Made by a program: the position numbers and the translations under genes. Below, one piece after another: positions 1 to 14,399 of a stretch of DNA of 64,000 nt. Origin of the DNA: Eledone cirrhosa (taxonomy: Eukaryota); NCBI GenBank assembly GCA_964016885.1, contig OZ024740.1, positions 438,588,001 to 438,652,000 on the forward strand, given 5' to 3'. Within the stretch, counting starts at the first letter, position 1. Each line of letters starts with the position of its first letter. The notes beneath the pieces are model-generated. The model had not been told where the DNA came from and did not search any database. It was given only the letters and a program-made list of their open reading frames with translations.

Positions 1-26
1 TATATCTTGCTATGTTTGAATTATTC

Positions 27-137
27 GTATTCTGAATATTTGGTCAGAGGTAAATAATGTAGTGGAGATCGAGTGACGCAACTTCGAGCGATTAGCGGCC
101 TCTAGACTCACCTGATCAATGAAACAATTGTTAATAC
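27..137 (+). ncRNA. Degenerate type I hammerhead ribozyme in a PLE-like 3' tail that ends at (TA)n near 190
   Basis: gtatt-CTGAATA-t-ttggtcag...ctgatcaa-t-GAAA-caattg-TT-aatac. Stem I is 5 bp, stem II is 8 bp plus an insert, and stem III is palindromic. The core carries G8U and the triplet is GUU. Confidence 0.55.
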
Positions 138-190
138 CTTAAATAAAGCTCGCGTTGTACAGCGAACCACGTTACGCTTCATTCTTTCAC

Positions 191-1070
<880 letters not shown>

Positions 1071-1408
1071 ACGTGTTTTGAAACGGGTCACTTTGTGGCT
1101 CAATGAAAATTTAATAAATGAAATAATCAGAGCTATATATCATAAAACATGTCTATAGAATCACAAGATAAAATATATACCATTTCCTCTCCCAATTAGC
1201 ACAATTAACTATATAAAAAATCGAATAGACCAGGCTATAAGAATGAGGCTGCTATGAAGGAATCTCCAACAAATAACCGAAACTAGCCCTTCGCGTCGAC
1301 CGCAACGGAATATTTATCGAATATTTCGACAGCGTAATCGCCCAGATACAGTCAATTAAACAGAATTAGGTGTAAAATAAACTAGGAGAAAATAGAATAC
1401 ATTTAAAT

Positions 1409-1495
1409 ACCTCTACCATGGTTTCGTCCGCATTTTGAGATTTCCAAAAATTATGTAATGATTATGTAACTCAAGCATTGGATTCATCAGGAGAT
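1409..1495 (-). ncRNA. Type I hammerhead ribozyme with extended stem II
   Basis: Minus strand reads atctc-CTGATGA-a-tcc..ttgag...ctcaa..gga-c-GAAA-ccatgg-TA-gaggt. The core is canonical and stem III is palindromic. Confidence 0.75.
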
Positions 1496-1637
1496 TTACT
1501 GTGATCTAGACACTAAATTTTCCAAAGTGATCGCGCCAAGAATTCATTCAAAATGGCTAAGAATCGTGACGTAGTAGCGGTCAGGTTGGAATGGGTGTGG
1601 TAGTTGCTTACGGCTAGTGGGTTTTGTATATATATAA

Positions 1638-1680
<43 letters not shown>

Positions 1681-1737
1681 CATATATATATAAATACATA
1701 TATATATATATAAATACATATATATATATATATATAA

Positions 1738-1878
<141 letters not shown>

Positions 1879-1944
1879 TGAATACATATATATATATATA
1901 TAGATAGATAGATATATAAAAACATATATATATATATAAATACA

Positions 1945-2375
1945 TATTGACCTCACTGATTGACCTCGATATCACGTGATTGATTCTTTTGAATTTGCCA
2001 CCGACCAAGTAGGCAGTGATTTTTTCAATGTCCTAGAATTTAGTCCTCGCTTGCTTTTTTCCATCCACTGAATTATTTTTGTATAAGTTCCCTGTGTCCA
2101 CGCATTGCCTGGGAACTTAGCTGAGAATAGACTTCCTGATGACGAAAGGATTTTCTCCATGTTGTTCCAATCGGAAACCATGTTTATTCCCTTTCAGAAA
2201 ATAATTAGTTGGAGTGAAATTTTAGTAAGTAAGTTAATTTTTATAATTTTCTTATTTTACGTCTTTCATATAATTGTTCTGCATCCCCTTGCGTTGAACC
2301 ACATAGTTACTAAGACAAAACCTATATATTTGCCAGCATACGTATATATATGTTGGTAGATATACTAATTCTTTA
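1945..2375 (+). mobile_element. Non-coding PLE-like tail, family C, with HHR at 2131-2215
   Basis: Homologous to 49258-49902. HHR reads acttc-CTGATGA-c-gaaagg...cctttc-a-GAAA-ataattag-TT-ggagt. Flanked by (TA)n. Confidence 0.7.
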
Positions 2376-2436
2376 CATATATATATATATATATTATACA
2401 TACACATATATATATATATATATTTTACATACATAT

Positions 2437-2628
2437 ATTTGGGAGCCCCTACATGGACACACTAGAAGAGGAAGACCAAGGTTAACATATGTTGATGCCC
2501 TAAGGACAGACACTGGTCTGTTGGAGATGCAGGATATGGCAGCGATAATGAGGGACAGAGACGGCTGGAGAGAACTCGTCCATGGATCTCGGGAATTTTA
2601 CCCGCCTTAGATAGATAGATAGATAGAT
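2437..2628 (+). mobile_element. 3' fragment of an RTE-clade LINE with (GATA)n tail
   Basis: Translates to WEPLHGHTRRGRPRLTYVDALRTDTGL...RDRDGWRELV, typical of the RTE ORF C-terminus. Followed by tagatagata repeats. Confidence 0.8.
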
Positions 2629-3047
2629 ATATTATACATACATATATATATATATATATATGGTTGATTGTAGACTTGTTCTATATGTGACGGTATTTTA
2701 ACGATAGTTATAGCTCTGATTCATCTGAATTATTGAGCCCTCTGCCGCTCATGTCGAATCTCGTTTATCGTGAACTCGTGCGCCGATTTTTCGATACTCG
2801 ATCTTTCTAATATATTTAGCTCTGGACATAGCTATCCACCAGTTAATTTTATTGCTCATTTTTTGTCGATTCTATTGAGTGATGAATAGCTTTTGTTTTA
2901 TTTTAACATGTCTATTGAGCACTCTAATTCGATATGTGTATTTCCACATTCACTCGAATTGTTTTCGCGGATATAGGGGTTATCTCCCTTGTCTAATGCC
3001 ATGTGCGTTTTTCACTGGTAGTTAGCTCCTCTACCGCCAGGAAAAAA

Positions 3048-3183
3048 GCTCGTTGAGAAAGTAAAACTCCGTTCCGCTTGCTCTAGTAGGCTTTTATATT
3101 TATATGTGAGCTGATAGAGTACAGTCTAAGGATTTACAGAAACCCATGAAGCTAGATTTAACACCTGTCTAGTGGGTCCGGGT
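3048..3183 (+). ncRNA. Type I hammerhead, U3-A8 core, long stems II and III (array copy 1)
   Basis: gctcg-TTGAGAA-a-gtaaa...tttac-a-GAAA-ccca..ctaga/tctag..tggg-TC-cgggt. GUC triplet, predicted cleavage after 3178. Confidence 0.75.
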
Positions 3184-3664
3184 ATGATTTTACATTCATT
3201 TAAATTATTGACGTATTGTTTTATTGATATTTTTTATCTGTTTGTTCCGAATCTTCCTTTATCGATTTTATATCGTATGGTTGATTGTAGACTTGTTCTA
3301 TATGTGACGGTATTTTAACGATAGTTATAGCTCTGATTCATCTGAATTATTGAGCCCTCTGCTGCTCATGTCGAATCTCGTTTATCGTGAACTCGTGCGC
3401 CGATTTTTCGATACTCGATCTTTCTAATATATTTAGCTCTGGACATAGCTATCCACCAGTTAATTTTATTGCTCATTTTTTGTCGATTCTATTGAGTGAT
3501 GAATAGCTTTTGTTTTATTTTAACATGTCTATTGAGCACTCTAATTCGATATGTGTATTTCCACATTCACTCGAATTGTTTTCGCGGATATAGGGGTTAT
3601 CTCCCTTGTCTAATGCCATGTGCGTTTTTCACTGGTAGTTAGCTCCTCTACCGCCAGGAAAAAA

Positions 3665-3800
3665 GCTCGTTGAGAAAGTAAAACTCCGTTCCGCTTGCTC
3701 TAGTAGGCTTTTATATTTATATGTGAGCTGATAGAGTACAGTCTAAGGATTTACAGAAACCCATGAAGCTAGATTTAACACCTGTCTAGTGGGTCCGGGT
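3665..3800 (+). ncRNA. Type I hammerhead, U3-A8 core (array copy 2)
   Basis: Same sequence as 3048-3183 at +617. Predicted cleavage after 3795. Confidence 0.75.
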
Positions 3801-4037
3801 ATGATTTTACATTCATTTAAATTATTGACGTATTGTTTTATTGATATTTTTTATCTGTTTGTCCCGAATCTTCCTTTATCGATTTTATATCGTATGGTTG
3901 ATTGTAGACTTGTTCTATATGTGACGGTATTTTAACGATAGTTATAGCTCTGATTCATCTGAATTATTGAGCCCTCTGCCGCTCATGTCGAATCTCGTTT
4001 ATCGTGAACTCGTGCGCCGATTTTTCGATACTCGATC

Positions 4038-4077
<40 letters not shown>

Positions 4078-4160
4078 CATATATATATATTATACATATA
4101 TACATATATATTATACATATATATATATATATTATACACATATATATATATATATATATA

Positions 4161-5729
4161 GTAATAATAATAAAATTGAAGACTAAAATCCAAAGAGGGC
4201 TCGATAAGGAAAATATATAAGAACCGAAGAGCAAATATTTATTAAAATAACAGATTAAAGTTTAAGCAAAGAATCGCTGCTTTCACCCTTAACGGGATCT
4301 TCTGAAACTAACAAAGTCAATCTGTAAACGCAGAACTGGATATTTCAAAAAACGTTGCAACCGGAGGAAGACAGGAAGACGATACTTTGGTTCATGGTGA
4401 CGTTCGCTGGCAAAGAACGGGAAAAAACGAATAATACGTCATTAATAGGAGCGGTGAAAAAACAATTACGCGCAAAGACAGAACCACGTTTATGGTATAA
4501 AAGAGGTCGTAGACTAATGTTCTCTAAGTGGTGCATAGAGACGTTCTCTGGCAATGAACGAAAAAACGAAGATAATAAGTCATATGTGGAGCGTGGAGAA
4601 CAATAGCACGCAAAGACAAAACCACGTAAATGGTATAGCAGAAGTTGTAGACTAAAATTCTAACTAGGAGACCGAATGAATCTCCGCTACAGATTTAAGA
4701 ACAAAGTGAATAAATACAATACAGAAGTAATAGAAACAAATAAATACATACACGCAAACAGATACGTACATACACAAGCATACGCAAAACCTTACCATAG
4801 GTATACAAAACCACGCACATATAAATATGTGTATGTGTGTATGCTTGTGTACAAATAAATAAATAATTATATAAACGTATATAAGTAAATAAATACGTAT
4901 ATAACAAGCGCACACACATACCTACAAATAAATACACGAAGGTTCGGAGACGTAAGTCAACTAAAACAAGAAGTACACATATACACACACCCACCATACG
5001 TACGAACCTGCATACTCACGCAGACGCAAAACTCCCATATACACATAACCAAACCCTAAATACCAGAAAATGTAAAAATTATACGCCATAACAGTCAAAT
5101 ATACGTACGAGAAGGTATACATACCTTCACAAAACATACGGGTAATATATACTTACCTATGCAAATAAGTAAAGGAATAAACAAAACATAGACTTAGCTC
5201 CCACATCAAGACGTAAAATATCTACGTATAGATCGTGTTATCCGTTAGGGTATAACGTGGGGCTGTAATACAGGAAAGTTTTGTGCAATTTATGTTTACA
5301 AGCTGAAATTGCCTCAGATTTTTTGTTTAAGATGTGGTCTGTGGCGTAGAGTATTTCCAGGGCCTCAGCGGCGCAGAGGTCACATGGTCTTTTATTTCCG
5401 TTATACGATCTAGCCCTAGCTAGGATCTCCCAGTGTAACTTATATTGGATGTGGTTGTCTTTTAGGCTCCAGATATAAGCTGAAAGTGACGTCATATTCC
5501 TTCTTAGAGGGTAACGAAAAGAATGGGTATGCATGTAAAGACGCTGCTTGAAACTATTGGTGGTTAACCCTATGTAGTCCCTACGGGATGTGGGTGTTAC
5601 AACCTCACATTTGTAGACAATGTCCCGGATAGAGGACAATCAGCCCGATTCCTACAATTACAGTTAGTACTAACTACAGGGTTGCACGTGTTCCTACGGC
5701 TAGGTAGTTTAGCTAAATTTGAAGCTGTG
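4161..5729 (-). mobile_element. 5'-truncated PLE (GIY-YIG end plus 3' UTR) with degenerate HHR at 4259-4309
   Basis: Contains the GIY-YIG ORF 5238-5639 preceded by NCNCRNRADCPL. HHR reads agttt-CAGAAGA-t-ccc/ggg-t-GAAA-gcag..ttgc-TT-aaact. Confidence 0.8.
5238..5639 (-). pseudogene. PLE GIY-YIG endonuclease fragment
   Basis: Motifs IVYKC..YIGLT..FKQRLYMH..CDLC..E..LNKKSE..CKH. Confidence 0.85.
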
Positions 5730-5749
5730 CTACAATAAAACTCACCTCC

Positions 5750-5810
<61 letters not shown>

Positions 5811-6124
5811 TTTGAGTTACTCCGGTTTCGTTACTCCGGAGTAATGTAAAATAAAATAAAATAAATAAGTGAAATGTTTAAAATTTGGCTTCGTTTACTA
5901 CTGCTATATATATTTCGGTGACAGCCATCTTTGGCTGTGACCTCACACAACCAGAAGATGGAAATACAAGCACTCAGCAGAACCATGTGAAAGGAGGGAA
6001 GGGGGGGACCCAGAGCGCACCCAAGAAACCCAAACAGATCCGGAGACCCCCACCGTGCCTGGGGGAAGACCACCATATAACACATAACGGGAACCCCAAT
6101 CTAGGCACGCAGAGGTCGACCACC

Positions 6125-6552
6125 CTCTGCAACTGCAGAAACCCCGAATCATGCCCCTTGGTAATGAATGCCTTAAGAAGAACCTAGTATACGGTTGTTG
6201 GGTTAAAACCCCCAACTCCGAACACCTCTACATTGGAGCCACATCAACGAGCTTTAAAGACCGCTGGTATAACCATCGCCATTCCTTCAATAAGGAGGCC
6301 AAAAGGAAAAGTACGGCTCTCTCCGACCTGATCTGGAAGGTTAAGCTGGACAGGACCCCGTACTCTCTGGCCTGGTCCATAATCAGGAAAGTACCACCCG
6401 ATAAAGGGGGATCTGGCATATGCAAACTATGTCTGAACGAGACCCTCGAGATACTAACTGGTGGGAGCGGCCTGATAAACCTCAGAACCGATTTCTTCGG
6501 GACATGCAGACACCTCAGGGCCGGGACCTTCCCCAAGATATATGGACAGTAG
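6125..6552 (+). pseudogene. PLE Cys-linker plus GIY-YIG endonuclease fragment (frameshifted)
   Basis: LCNCRNPESCPL, then GNECLKKNLVY..YIGATSTSFKDRWYNH..CKLCLNE..CRH. Confidence 0.85.
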
Positions 6553-7888
6553 CAACACAATAAGATGTTAACTCCCCTCAAGCTATAGGGACTTCTCTAG
6601 AACATGTAGACACCTCTCGGCCAGACCTCCCTCAAGCTATATGGGCAGTAACAACACCATAGGTTGGGAACTCCCCTCAAGCCATAGGGACAAACCCAGG
6701 CTGAGCAGACACCATGATAGCCTAGAGATTGATTCTGACACTGCCTTTATAATTTGGCCAACATCTTTATAACACACACATTTTAATTTACTTGATTTTT
6801 GATTTTTCAATTTTGATTTCTCATTATTCATTTGTTATTTGTTTTCTGTGTTCTTCACTTTATCACCTTATATTTATATTTAAGTTGAGATTGGATATAA
6901 CACACACTCATTTTATTTTATTTTCCTATTTCGTTTTATTCTTTTACCATCTTGTCCCTCCTACCAATCTATCCAACATATTTCTGACCTTGAGATTGGT
7001 TATAGCACACACACATTTTATCTTATTTTATTTGAATCTTCATTTTATTTTTCACTTTTCATTACTTTTTCATTTTCCATGTTCATTTTTCATTACTTTT
7101 TCATTACCTTTTCATTAATTTTTCATTTATTCTTATTTATTTTCTGTTTACTTCAGTTTATTGCCTTCTATTTTTTCATATACATGATATAACCCCCCCC
7201 CCTGCCCCCACCACCACCACCACGGGAGATGGTGGCAGGAGGGATGAAGAAACACACACACAGATACTTCTAAATTGTCAGCAGCAGCAAGACATAAGCT
7301 GACCACAACACCAACAACACTACCAAAATAAGGGTAGAGGTCAGATGTACTTAACAATAGCAAACACTAACACTACAGGGAGCCTCACCCCAGAAAGAAT
7401 TTCTATAGACTTTGGGCTGGGGAATGCTCTCAAAACTGACCAATGGGAAGTTTGACCTTACAAATCTTTATAACATTGAGATGGGTATAACACACACACA
7501 CATTTTATTCGATTATTTTATTTTATTTTGTTCCTTTACCATCTTGTTCCTTCTACCACTTTATCACTTTGTTTTTAGCTGACTCCAACAATAACACCAC
7601 TACCAACACAAGAATAGAGGTCAGATGTACCTAACAATAACAAGAACAACAACTACAGATTGAATTGCCTCAGAACTAATTTCTATAGACTTTTGAATGA
7701 GGAATGTTCTAACAACTGACCAATGAGAGGAGAAGAGGCCCTTTGACACTGAAATTCGTTTGTTTGAATTCATATGATTCCAGTTCCTCAGTGAAATAAC
7801 AACCCAACCAGGAACTTGGCATATCAGAGTATTGACAAAGTTATACACCTCAACAACATGTGTACTCGTCTCTCCCACACTAATTAGG

Positions 7889-7943
7889 ACTGCCTGAAGA
7901 GGTCACAGCCAAAGATGGCTGTCACCGAAATATATATAGCAGT
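7889..7943 (+). ncRNA. Minimal type I hammerhead ribozyme, canonical
   Basis: actgc-CTGAAGA-ggtcacagcc-aaagat-ggctgtcacc-GAAA-tatata-TA-gcagt. Confidence 0.9.
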
Positions 7944-8041
7944 AATAAACGAAGCCAAATTTTAAACATTTGACTTATTTAATTTATTTTATTTTATATA
8001 TATATATATATACGTATATATATATATAAGTATATATATAC

Positions 8042-8790
<749 letters not shown>

Positions 8791-8799
8791 CATATACAT

Positions 8800-8868
<69 letters not shown>

Positions 8869-9032
8869 CACACATATACATACAAATATATATATATATA
8901 CACACACACACACATATATATACACACACACATATACACATATATACATATAAACACACATACACACACATATATATAAACACATACACCATACATACAC
9001 ATATATATATATATATATACATATATATATAC

Positions 9033-9063
<31 letters not shown>

Positions 9064-9123
9064 TATACACACACATACATATATATATCAATATATATAC
9101 ACATATACACACATATATATATA

Positions 9124-9696
9124 TGGTGGCTGCCAACTCGTTTTCGAGTACGGCCACTACTTTATATCCATGTAGGAGAACCCCTACTGATGCGCTGAAC
9201 GAGTGTGACTTTTTAGTCCAGCCAGCGACTTGAAAGCTCTGGTACAAACACTACACTTGTGACAATTATTGACACATAGTGCTGGGCCCATGGTACCATG
9301 TGACGACAAATGCAGAGAGATCTCCAGATATAAAGCAATGCCTGTGCCGTGAAGCTTTTATAGTGAGCAAAGGCACTGCACAAAGCCAGTCCCACTCTCT
9401 TAACCAAGATGATATTTACCAAAAAGAAGAACAAGTCAACATCATTGGATACCATCAGGGTTGCAGGTGTTATATCAGAGTTTTCCTTCTCCTAGAATTC
9501 TGCCTTGACAAAGGCTAAGGGGTCATCTCTCCCGGTGATTTTGGATGGCCATTGACTCTTAAGAGCTCCTTTGCCTTTTGACAGGTTTTGTTTTTAGTCC
9601 TGCAGGATGTCCAAAGTCACCCTCCTCACCAAGAAACCTTGGTGGGGTTGCCAGTTTAGTCGCCAACGACCCGACCATGGGACAGGTTGTACTGGA

Positions 9697-9697
<1 letters not shown>
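9124..9697 (-). mobile_element. Non-autonomous interspersed repeat, possibly derived from an RTE 5' UTR (SINE-like)
   Basis: Inverted homolog at 57464-58063. No credible ORF. The RTE relationship is from recalled resemblance only. Confidence 0.55.
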
Positions 9698-9729
<32 letters not shown>

Positions 9730-9738
9730 TACATACAT

Positions 9739-9800
<62 letters not shown>

Positions 9801-9857
9801 GTATACCCATACATATATATATATACACACACACACATATATTTATATATAAATATA

Positions 9858-11070
9858 ATGTAGGAGGTGAGTTTTATTGTAGTACAATAAAGCAATGCAG
9901 ATATCGGATAAGAAGCACTCTACAGTTTGTAGGACTGGAGTATACATAATATATAAGATCAAAAGATGGTTAAATGAGTTCCATGTATTTTATTATGCGC
10001 ATTTCAAAAACAAATATCATCATGCAATAACATTTGAGGACATGATATGAAGGTTAAAAAGACTTGTGGATAGTGCAGTTTTAAATCAACATATGAAAAG
10101 TAGTTTTAGATTGATGTGTGATATTGGGGAAACATTTTTTTTAGGGGGGGGGGGATGAAAAAGAGGAGGAGATGAGCGTAAAAAGTGGAGGGGGAGGAGT
10201 ATAATGAGGAAAGATGAGATAGGAGGAGAGATGGCTGATAGAGAGAGAGAGAGATAGCTTTTATAACTGAGAAAAATATATTGTTTTACATAGAGAGGTT
10301 GAAAAACCGTTGGAAGATAATGTATAAATTAAAAGAATTTGAAAATTAACGAAGACAAAAATAATGTAAAGTTAAGGTTTGTATATTGAAGGGTTTAATA
10401 ATACGTGCGATGAAAAGAAATTGTTAATATGTATTAAGAATAATATTTAAGGGTTTAATAATATGTGCGATGGAAAGAAAATGTTAATATGTATTAAGAA
10501 TAATTTTAAGGGTTTAATAATATGTGCAATGGAAAGAAAATGTTGATATGTATTATTAAAAAAACACAGAAGTAATGTAAGTAAGGATATATTGTGAGAT
10601 GAGCATGAATAAGTTAGATGAAAGTGAGAAAAAAATAATGAATAGAGGATGAATAATCTAACGTCAAAAAAAATATTTATGTTTACGAAGGATTTTTTCA
10701 AGGTGATATAAAGTAAGAATATAGTGTATGTGTAATAATTGATTCTATGTTAGGCACAGTGAGAAAAGGTACAGATTAGGGGTTAGAAATTAAAAGAAAA
10801 AGCAAAAGAAAAGAAAAGAAAAAGGAAGAAAGAGAAGTGATGTATAGGAATGATATAGAATATGATAAATAACTTTGAAATAAGGTAGAAAGATGGGTAT
10901 ATTTTTAAAGAAGTATATATATATGTGCCTTTGAGAAAAGGATTCTGAATTGATAAAGTTTAGGATATTAGCTGTATACTTTATGGAAAGTTCTGTGGAA
11001 TTTATGCAAGCAGATAGAAAACAAGTCAGTGCGTCTATTTATTATAGAATCTAAATTAGATATAATGGTA
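9858..11070 (-). mobile_element. PLE-like 3' UTR/tail, family H, with its HHR core deleted
   Basis: Homologous to 19602-21628. The HHR remnant at 9988-10036 lacks CUGAUGA because of an internal deletion. Confidence 0.75.
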
Positions 11071-11257
11071 AAGTTACTCTTGAAATAGTTCTTAATATAT
11101 AGAGAAAAACATTTATTTGGAATTGTATTTACTAGAATTGTATATACTATGCCGTCTCTCCTCTCACCTCCTGATTCCTCTCTCTCTATACTAGTAAATA
11201 CGATTCCAAATAAATGTTTTTCTCTATATATTAAGAACTATTTCACGAGTAACTCCC

Positions 11258-11359
11258 TATTTTGAAAATTTGGACTGTGAACAACAATTATAATTGAGTG
11301 GCTGCTATTTGCAGTATAGCAATATAAGGTTGCACTTACCAATGAAACGGTCGTAAATA
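11258..11359 (+). ncRNA. Type I hammerhead, U3-A8 core, large stem II insert (5' pLTR)
   Basis: tatt-TTGAAAA-t-ttgg...ccaa-t-GAAA-cggtcg-TA-aata. Confidence 0.7.
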
Positions 11360-11589
11360 CCTGGATTAAATACTTCTCTTAATGCTTACCTGTGTTTTCT
11401 CTTTTATACTTATACTCCAAGATTGAACGGAATTCTTACAAACTTGTGGAGTTACCCCTAACCGTACGTTGAAACCATCCATGAAACTGGCTTTCTTAAC
11501 CAAAAACTGGATTACAATAAGCAATTTTTTGCTTCTCTAACTACAGGCTCCTTGTCGGTCGAGCAACCACCTAAACATACGGTACTACT

Positions 11590-13881
11590 ATGGAAAAGCA
11601 TTTCATAGGTATGTCCCTAAAGAACATTCCTATACCTCGGAGAAAGGATTATACTCTCGGGATGATACAGCGAACAAACGACTTTATACGCAGAGTTAGA
11701 TGGAAAACTTTCCATTTCGACGACAAAGGACGTAATGGTCGCACCGTGGAATATAACAAGGAAACATACGGCTTCAAATCGTGCAAAAACCCACCTACCA
11801 ACCCTCAACTGGATGCCTTTGAACAGGACTTACTGAAGATGATTATGAATATCAAATTAAAAAAGCGGAGGAATAATAAACTCCAGAATGACATACATAC
11901 ATTCATAAAAAAGCTGCGAACCACCAATGGAATTATTGTCAAAGCGGACAAAACATCAAATGTGTATACGATGGATGTTAATACATACAATAGCTTCATA
12001 CGGAAAGAATTACATAGGAAATACAAAAAAGCAAATGAGGCGGCACTGATAAACATCAACAACGAGGCACACAATATAGTCAAACACCTAGGAATAGACG
12101 ACAGAACAGAGCCACTTAGGCCATGTACCCCCACATTTAACCTCAAGGACCACAAGGTAAATTTTGATTATAACCCGACTATTAGACTTATATGCCCATC
12201 CAAATCGGACATCGGGAAAATTAGTAAACATATATTAGACAGAGTGATAGCACAAATGAAGAATAAACTAGTGATTAAACTATGGGGTAACGCTACCGAA
12301 ACAATTAAATGGTTTAACAATATAGCTAACAAGGAAGCATCTAAATTTATACAATTTGACATTAACGATTATTACTCATCTATATCCCCCAACACCTTAG
12401 ATAAAGCCTTAGCATTCGCCAAAGCAAATTCTGACATAACAGACGACGAGATAAAAATCATACTAGCTGCTAGGAAAACAATAATTAAATTTGAAAACGC
12501 CTATTGGGAACGTAAGGATAGATTAAATAACTTTGACATCACGATGGGGGCTAACGACTCGGCTCAAGTCACAGACTTAGTAGTTATTTACATAGCCCAT
12601 AGTTTACAAAGCGAGTTTAGCGACCTTCACGGTGGAATCTACAGAGACGACGCCCTTCTCCTAGTTAAGAACCTAAATAACCAGAGCATAGAAAGACTCC
12701 GTAAGAATATTAGAAAGACTCTCGGTAAACTAGACCTTAGCATAACGTACGAGTATAGCACTAAAACAGTTAACTTTCTAGATGTGACGCTTAACCTAAA
12801 TACGGGACTTATAAGACCTTTTCACCAGATTAATGAAAACTTAACATACATCAACTGTAACTCAAACCACCCACTATCAATAATTAAATCCATTCCACGC
12901 AGCATATCCCTTAGGATCTCCCGCCTCTCATCTAACCAGCAAATCTTCGAAGAACATGCAGAATACTACAATACCGCATTAGACAAGGCAGGCCACTTAG
13001 ATACAGTAGAATATATAGATGAAAGCCTCTGTGAAGCACACACGAACACGCATAACACAAACTCCAGAAACACACGCATACACACATTTACGCATAGAAC
13101 CGCAAAGTATACGGCAAATAGAAGTACAACATCGAAATCAAACAAGTCACGCAGTAGAAAATATATTTGGTATAACCCCATATTTAACACCTCTATTAGT
13201 ACTAACCTACCCTCTACTTTCTTTAGAATAATAAATAGGCACTTTCCGGATTCACATAGATACAGCAAAATCTTTAACACTAAATCTATTAGACTATCCT
13301 ACTCTACGGCACCAAATATAGAAGCACACATTAAGATGCTTAACGCTAAAAAGATACATAACAACACCAAAACACAAATTTACAACAATAACAATACAAT
13401 TACCACCGAACACAACAGAATATCAAATACACAACCACCCGCTAATAGGCAAACAAAACGTAACACACTTGTTCAGGCATCGCAGCCCACAAATAATGCC
13501 AAAGTTGCCCATAACATGAAATGCAACTGCCACCTACCTGAAACCTGTCCATTAGAAAATGAATGTATGCAGTCTAACCTGGTTTACCAATGCACAGTGG
13601 AATCAGACAACCAGAAATGGTATTACATCGGAGCGACTGGGAATACTTTTAAAGCTCGTTGGTATACACACCGTTACGCAATGAAACATTCCCAGCACCG
13701 TTATGTAACTACCCTTGCAAACAAGACCTGGCAACTGAGGGAAAGTAACCATCAATACACCCTGAAGTGGAAAAAATTATCAAACGCGCCCCCATATCGG
13801 AGTGGTATGAGAAGCTGTCGATTATGCAACCTTGAGCTGTTCCACATCTTAAGTTCGAAGAATAGATTACTCAACAATTAA
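11590..13881 (+). CDS. PLE polyprotein: RT, CxC..CP..C linker and GIY-YIG (763 aa, premature stop 22 codons before the natural end at 13950)
   Basis: Motifs [69 protein letters not shown] and CRLC. Confidence 0.92.
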   Translation: MEKHFIGMSLKNIPIPRRKDYTLGMIQRTNDFIRRVRWKTFHFDDKGRNGRTVEYNKETYGFKSCKNPPTNPQLDAFEQDLLKMIMNIKLKKRRNNKLQNDIHTFIKKLRTTNGIIVKADKTSNVYTMDVNTYNSFIRKELHRKYKKANEAALININNEAHNIVKHLGIDDRTEPLRPCTPTFNLKDHKVNFDYNPTIRLICPSKSDIGKISKHILDRVIAQMKNKLVIKLWGNATETIKWFNNIANKEASKFIQFDINDYYSSISPNTLDKALAFAKANSDITDDEIKIILAARKTIIKFENAYWERKDRLNNFDITMGANDSAQVTDLVVIYIAHSLQSEFSDLHGGIYRDDALLLVKNLNNQSIERLRKNIRKTLGKLDLSITYEYSTKTVNFLDVTLNLNTGLIRPFHQINENLTYINCNSNHPLSIIKSIPRSISLRISRLSSNQQIFEEHAEYYNTALDKAGHLDTVEYIDESLCEAHTNTHNTNSRNTRIHTFTHRTAKYTANRSTTSKSNKSRSRKYIWYNPIFNTSISTNLPSTFFRIINRHFPDSHRYSKIFNTKSIRLSYSTAPNIEAHIKMLNAKKIHNNTKTQIYNNNNTITTEHNRISNTQPPANRQTKRNTLVQASQPTNNAKVAHNMKCNCHLPETCPLENECMQSNLVYQCTVESDNQKWYYIGATGNTFKARWYTHRYAMKHSQHRYVTTLANKTWQLRESNHQYTLKWKKLSNAPPYRSGMRSCRLCNLELFHILSSKNRLLNN

Positions 13882-14000
13882 ATTGAGAGATCAATTTATT
13901 GTAACCATAGACTCAAAGAGAAATTTTCGCACTACAAATCGAACACTTAACCTCTTACTGCCAACTGACAAACTGCATATACTTAAACTTTATACCCTCT

Positions 14001-14076
14001 TTCCCTCTTCTTGGCTATCTTTTCCTTTCTTCCTTCTCACCCCCTTCTTTGCTTTTATTTTTGTCATTATTATCTT

Positions 14077-14169
<93 letters not shown>

Positions 14170-14206
14170 GTGTATATGTGTGTGTGTGTGTATGTATGTA
14201 TATATA

Positions 14207-14294
<88 letters not shown>

Positions 14295-14329
14295 TATATA
14301 CATACATACACACACACACACATATACAC

Positions 14330-14399
<70 letters not shown>

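Larger units (their letters stand above)
2659..4045 (+). mobile_element. Tandem array of a 617-bp non-coding unit (about 2.25 copies) with one HHR per full unit; retrozyme-like
   Basis: The unit start tggttgattgtagac recurs at 2661, 3278 and 3895, and copies are nearly identical. No ORF of 60 aa or more lies within a unit. Flanked by (TA)n. Confidence 0.85.
5811..7995 (+). mobile_element. 5'-truncated PLE, family F, with inverted pLTR fragment (5845-5944) and 3' HHR
   Basis: Contains GIY-YIG coding at about 6125-6552. 5845-5944 is the reverse complement of about 7898-7995. A second copy lies on the minus strand at 50130-51860. Confidence 0.85.

Noticed and set aside
2659-4045. CRISPR array or simple satellite
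   Set aside because: There is no repeat-spacer structure and the context is eukaryotic. With only 2.25 units and an embedded ribozyme, it was treated as retrozyme-like.
11381-11394. atgcttacctg, resembling the U1 snRNA 5' end or an antisense splice donor (similar near 36960)
   Set aside because: Too short, no further U1 similarity, and expected by chance.
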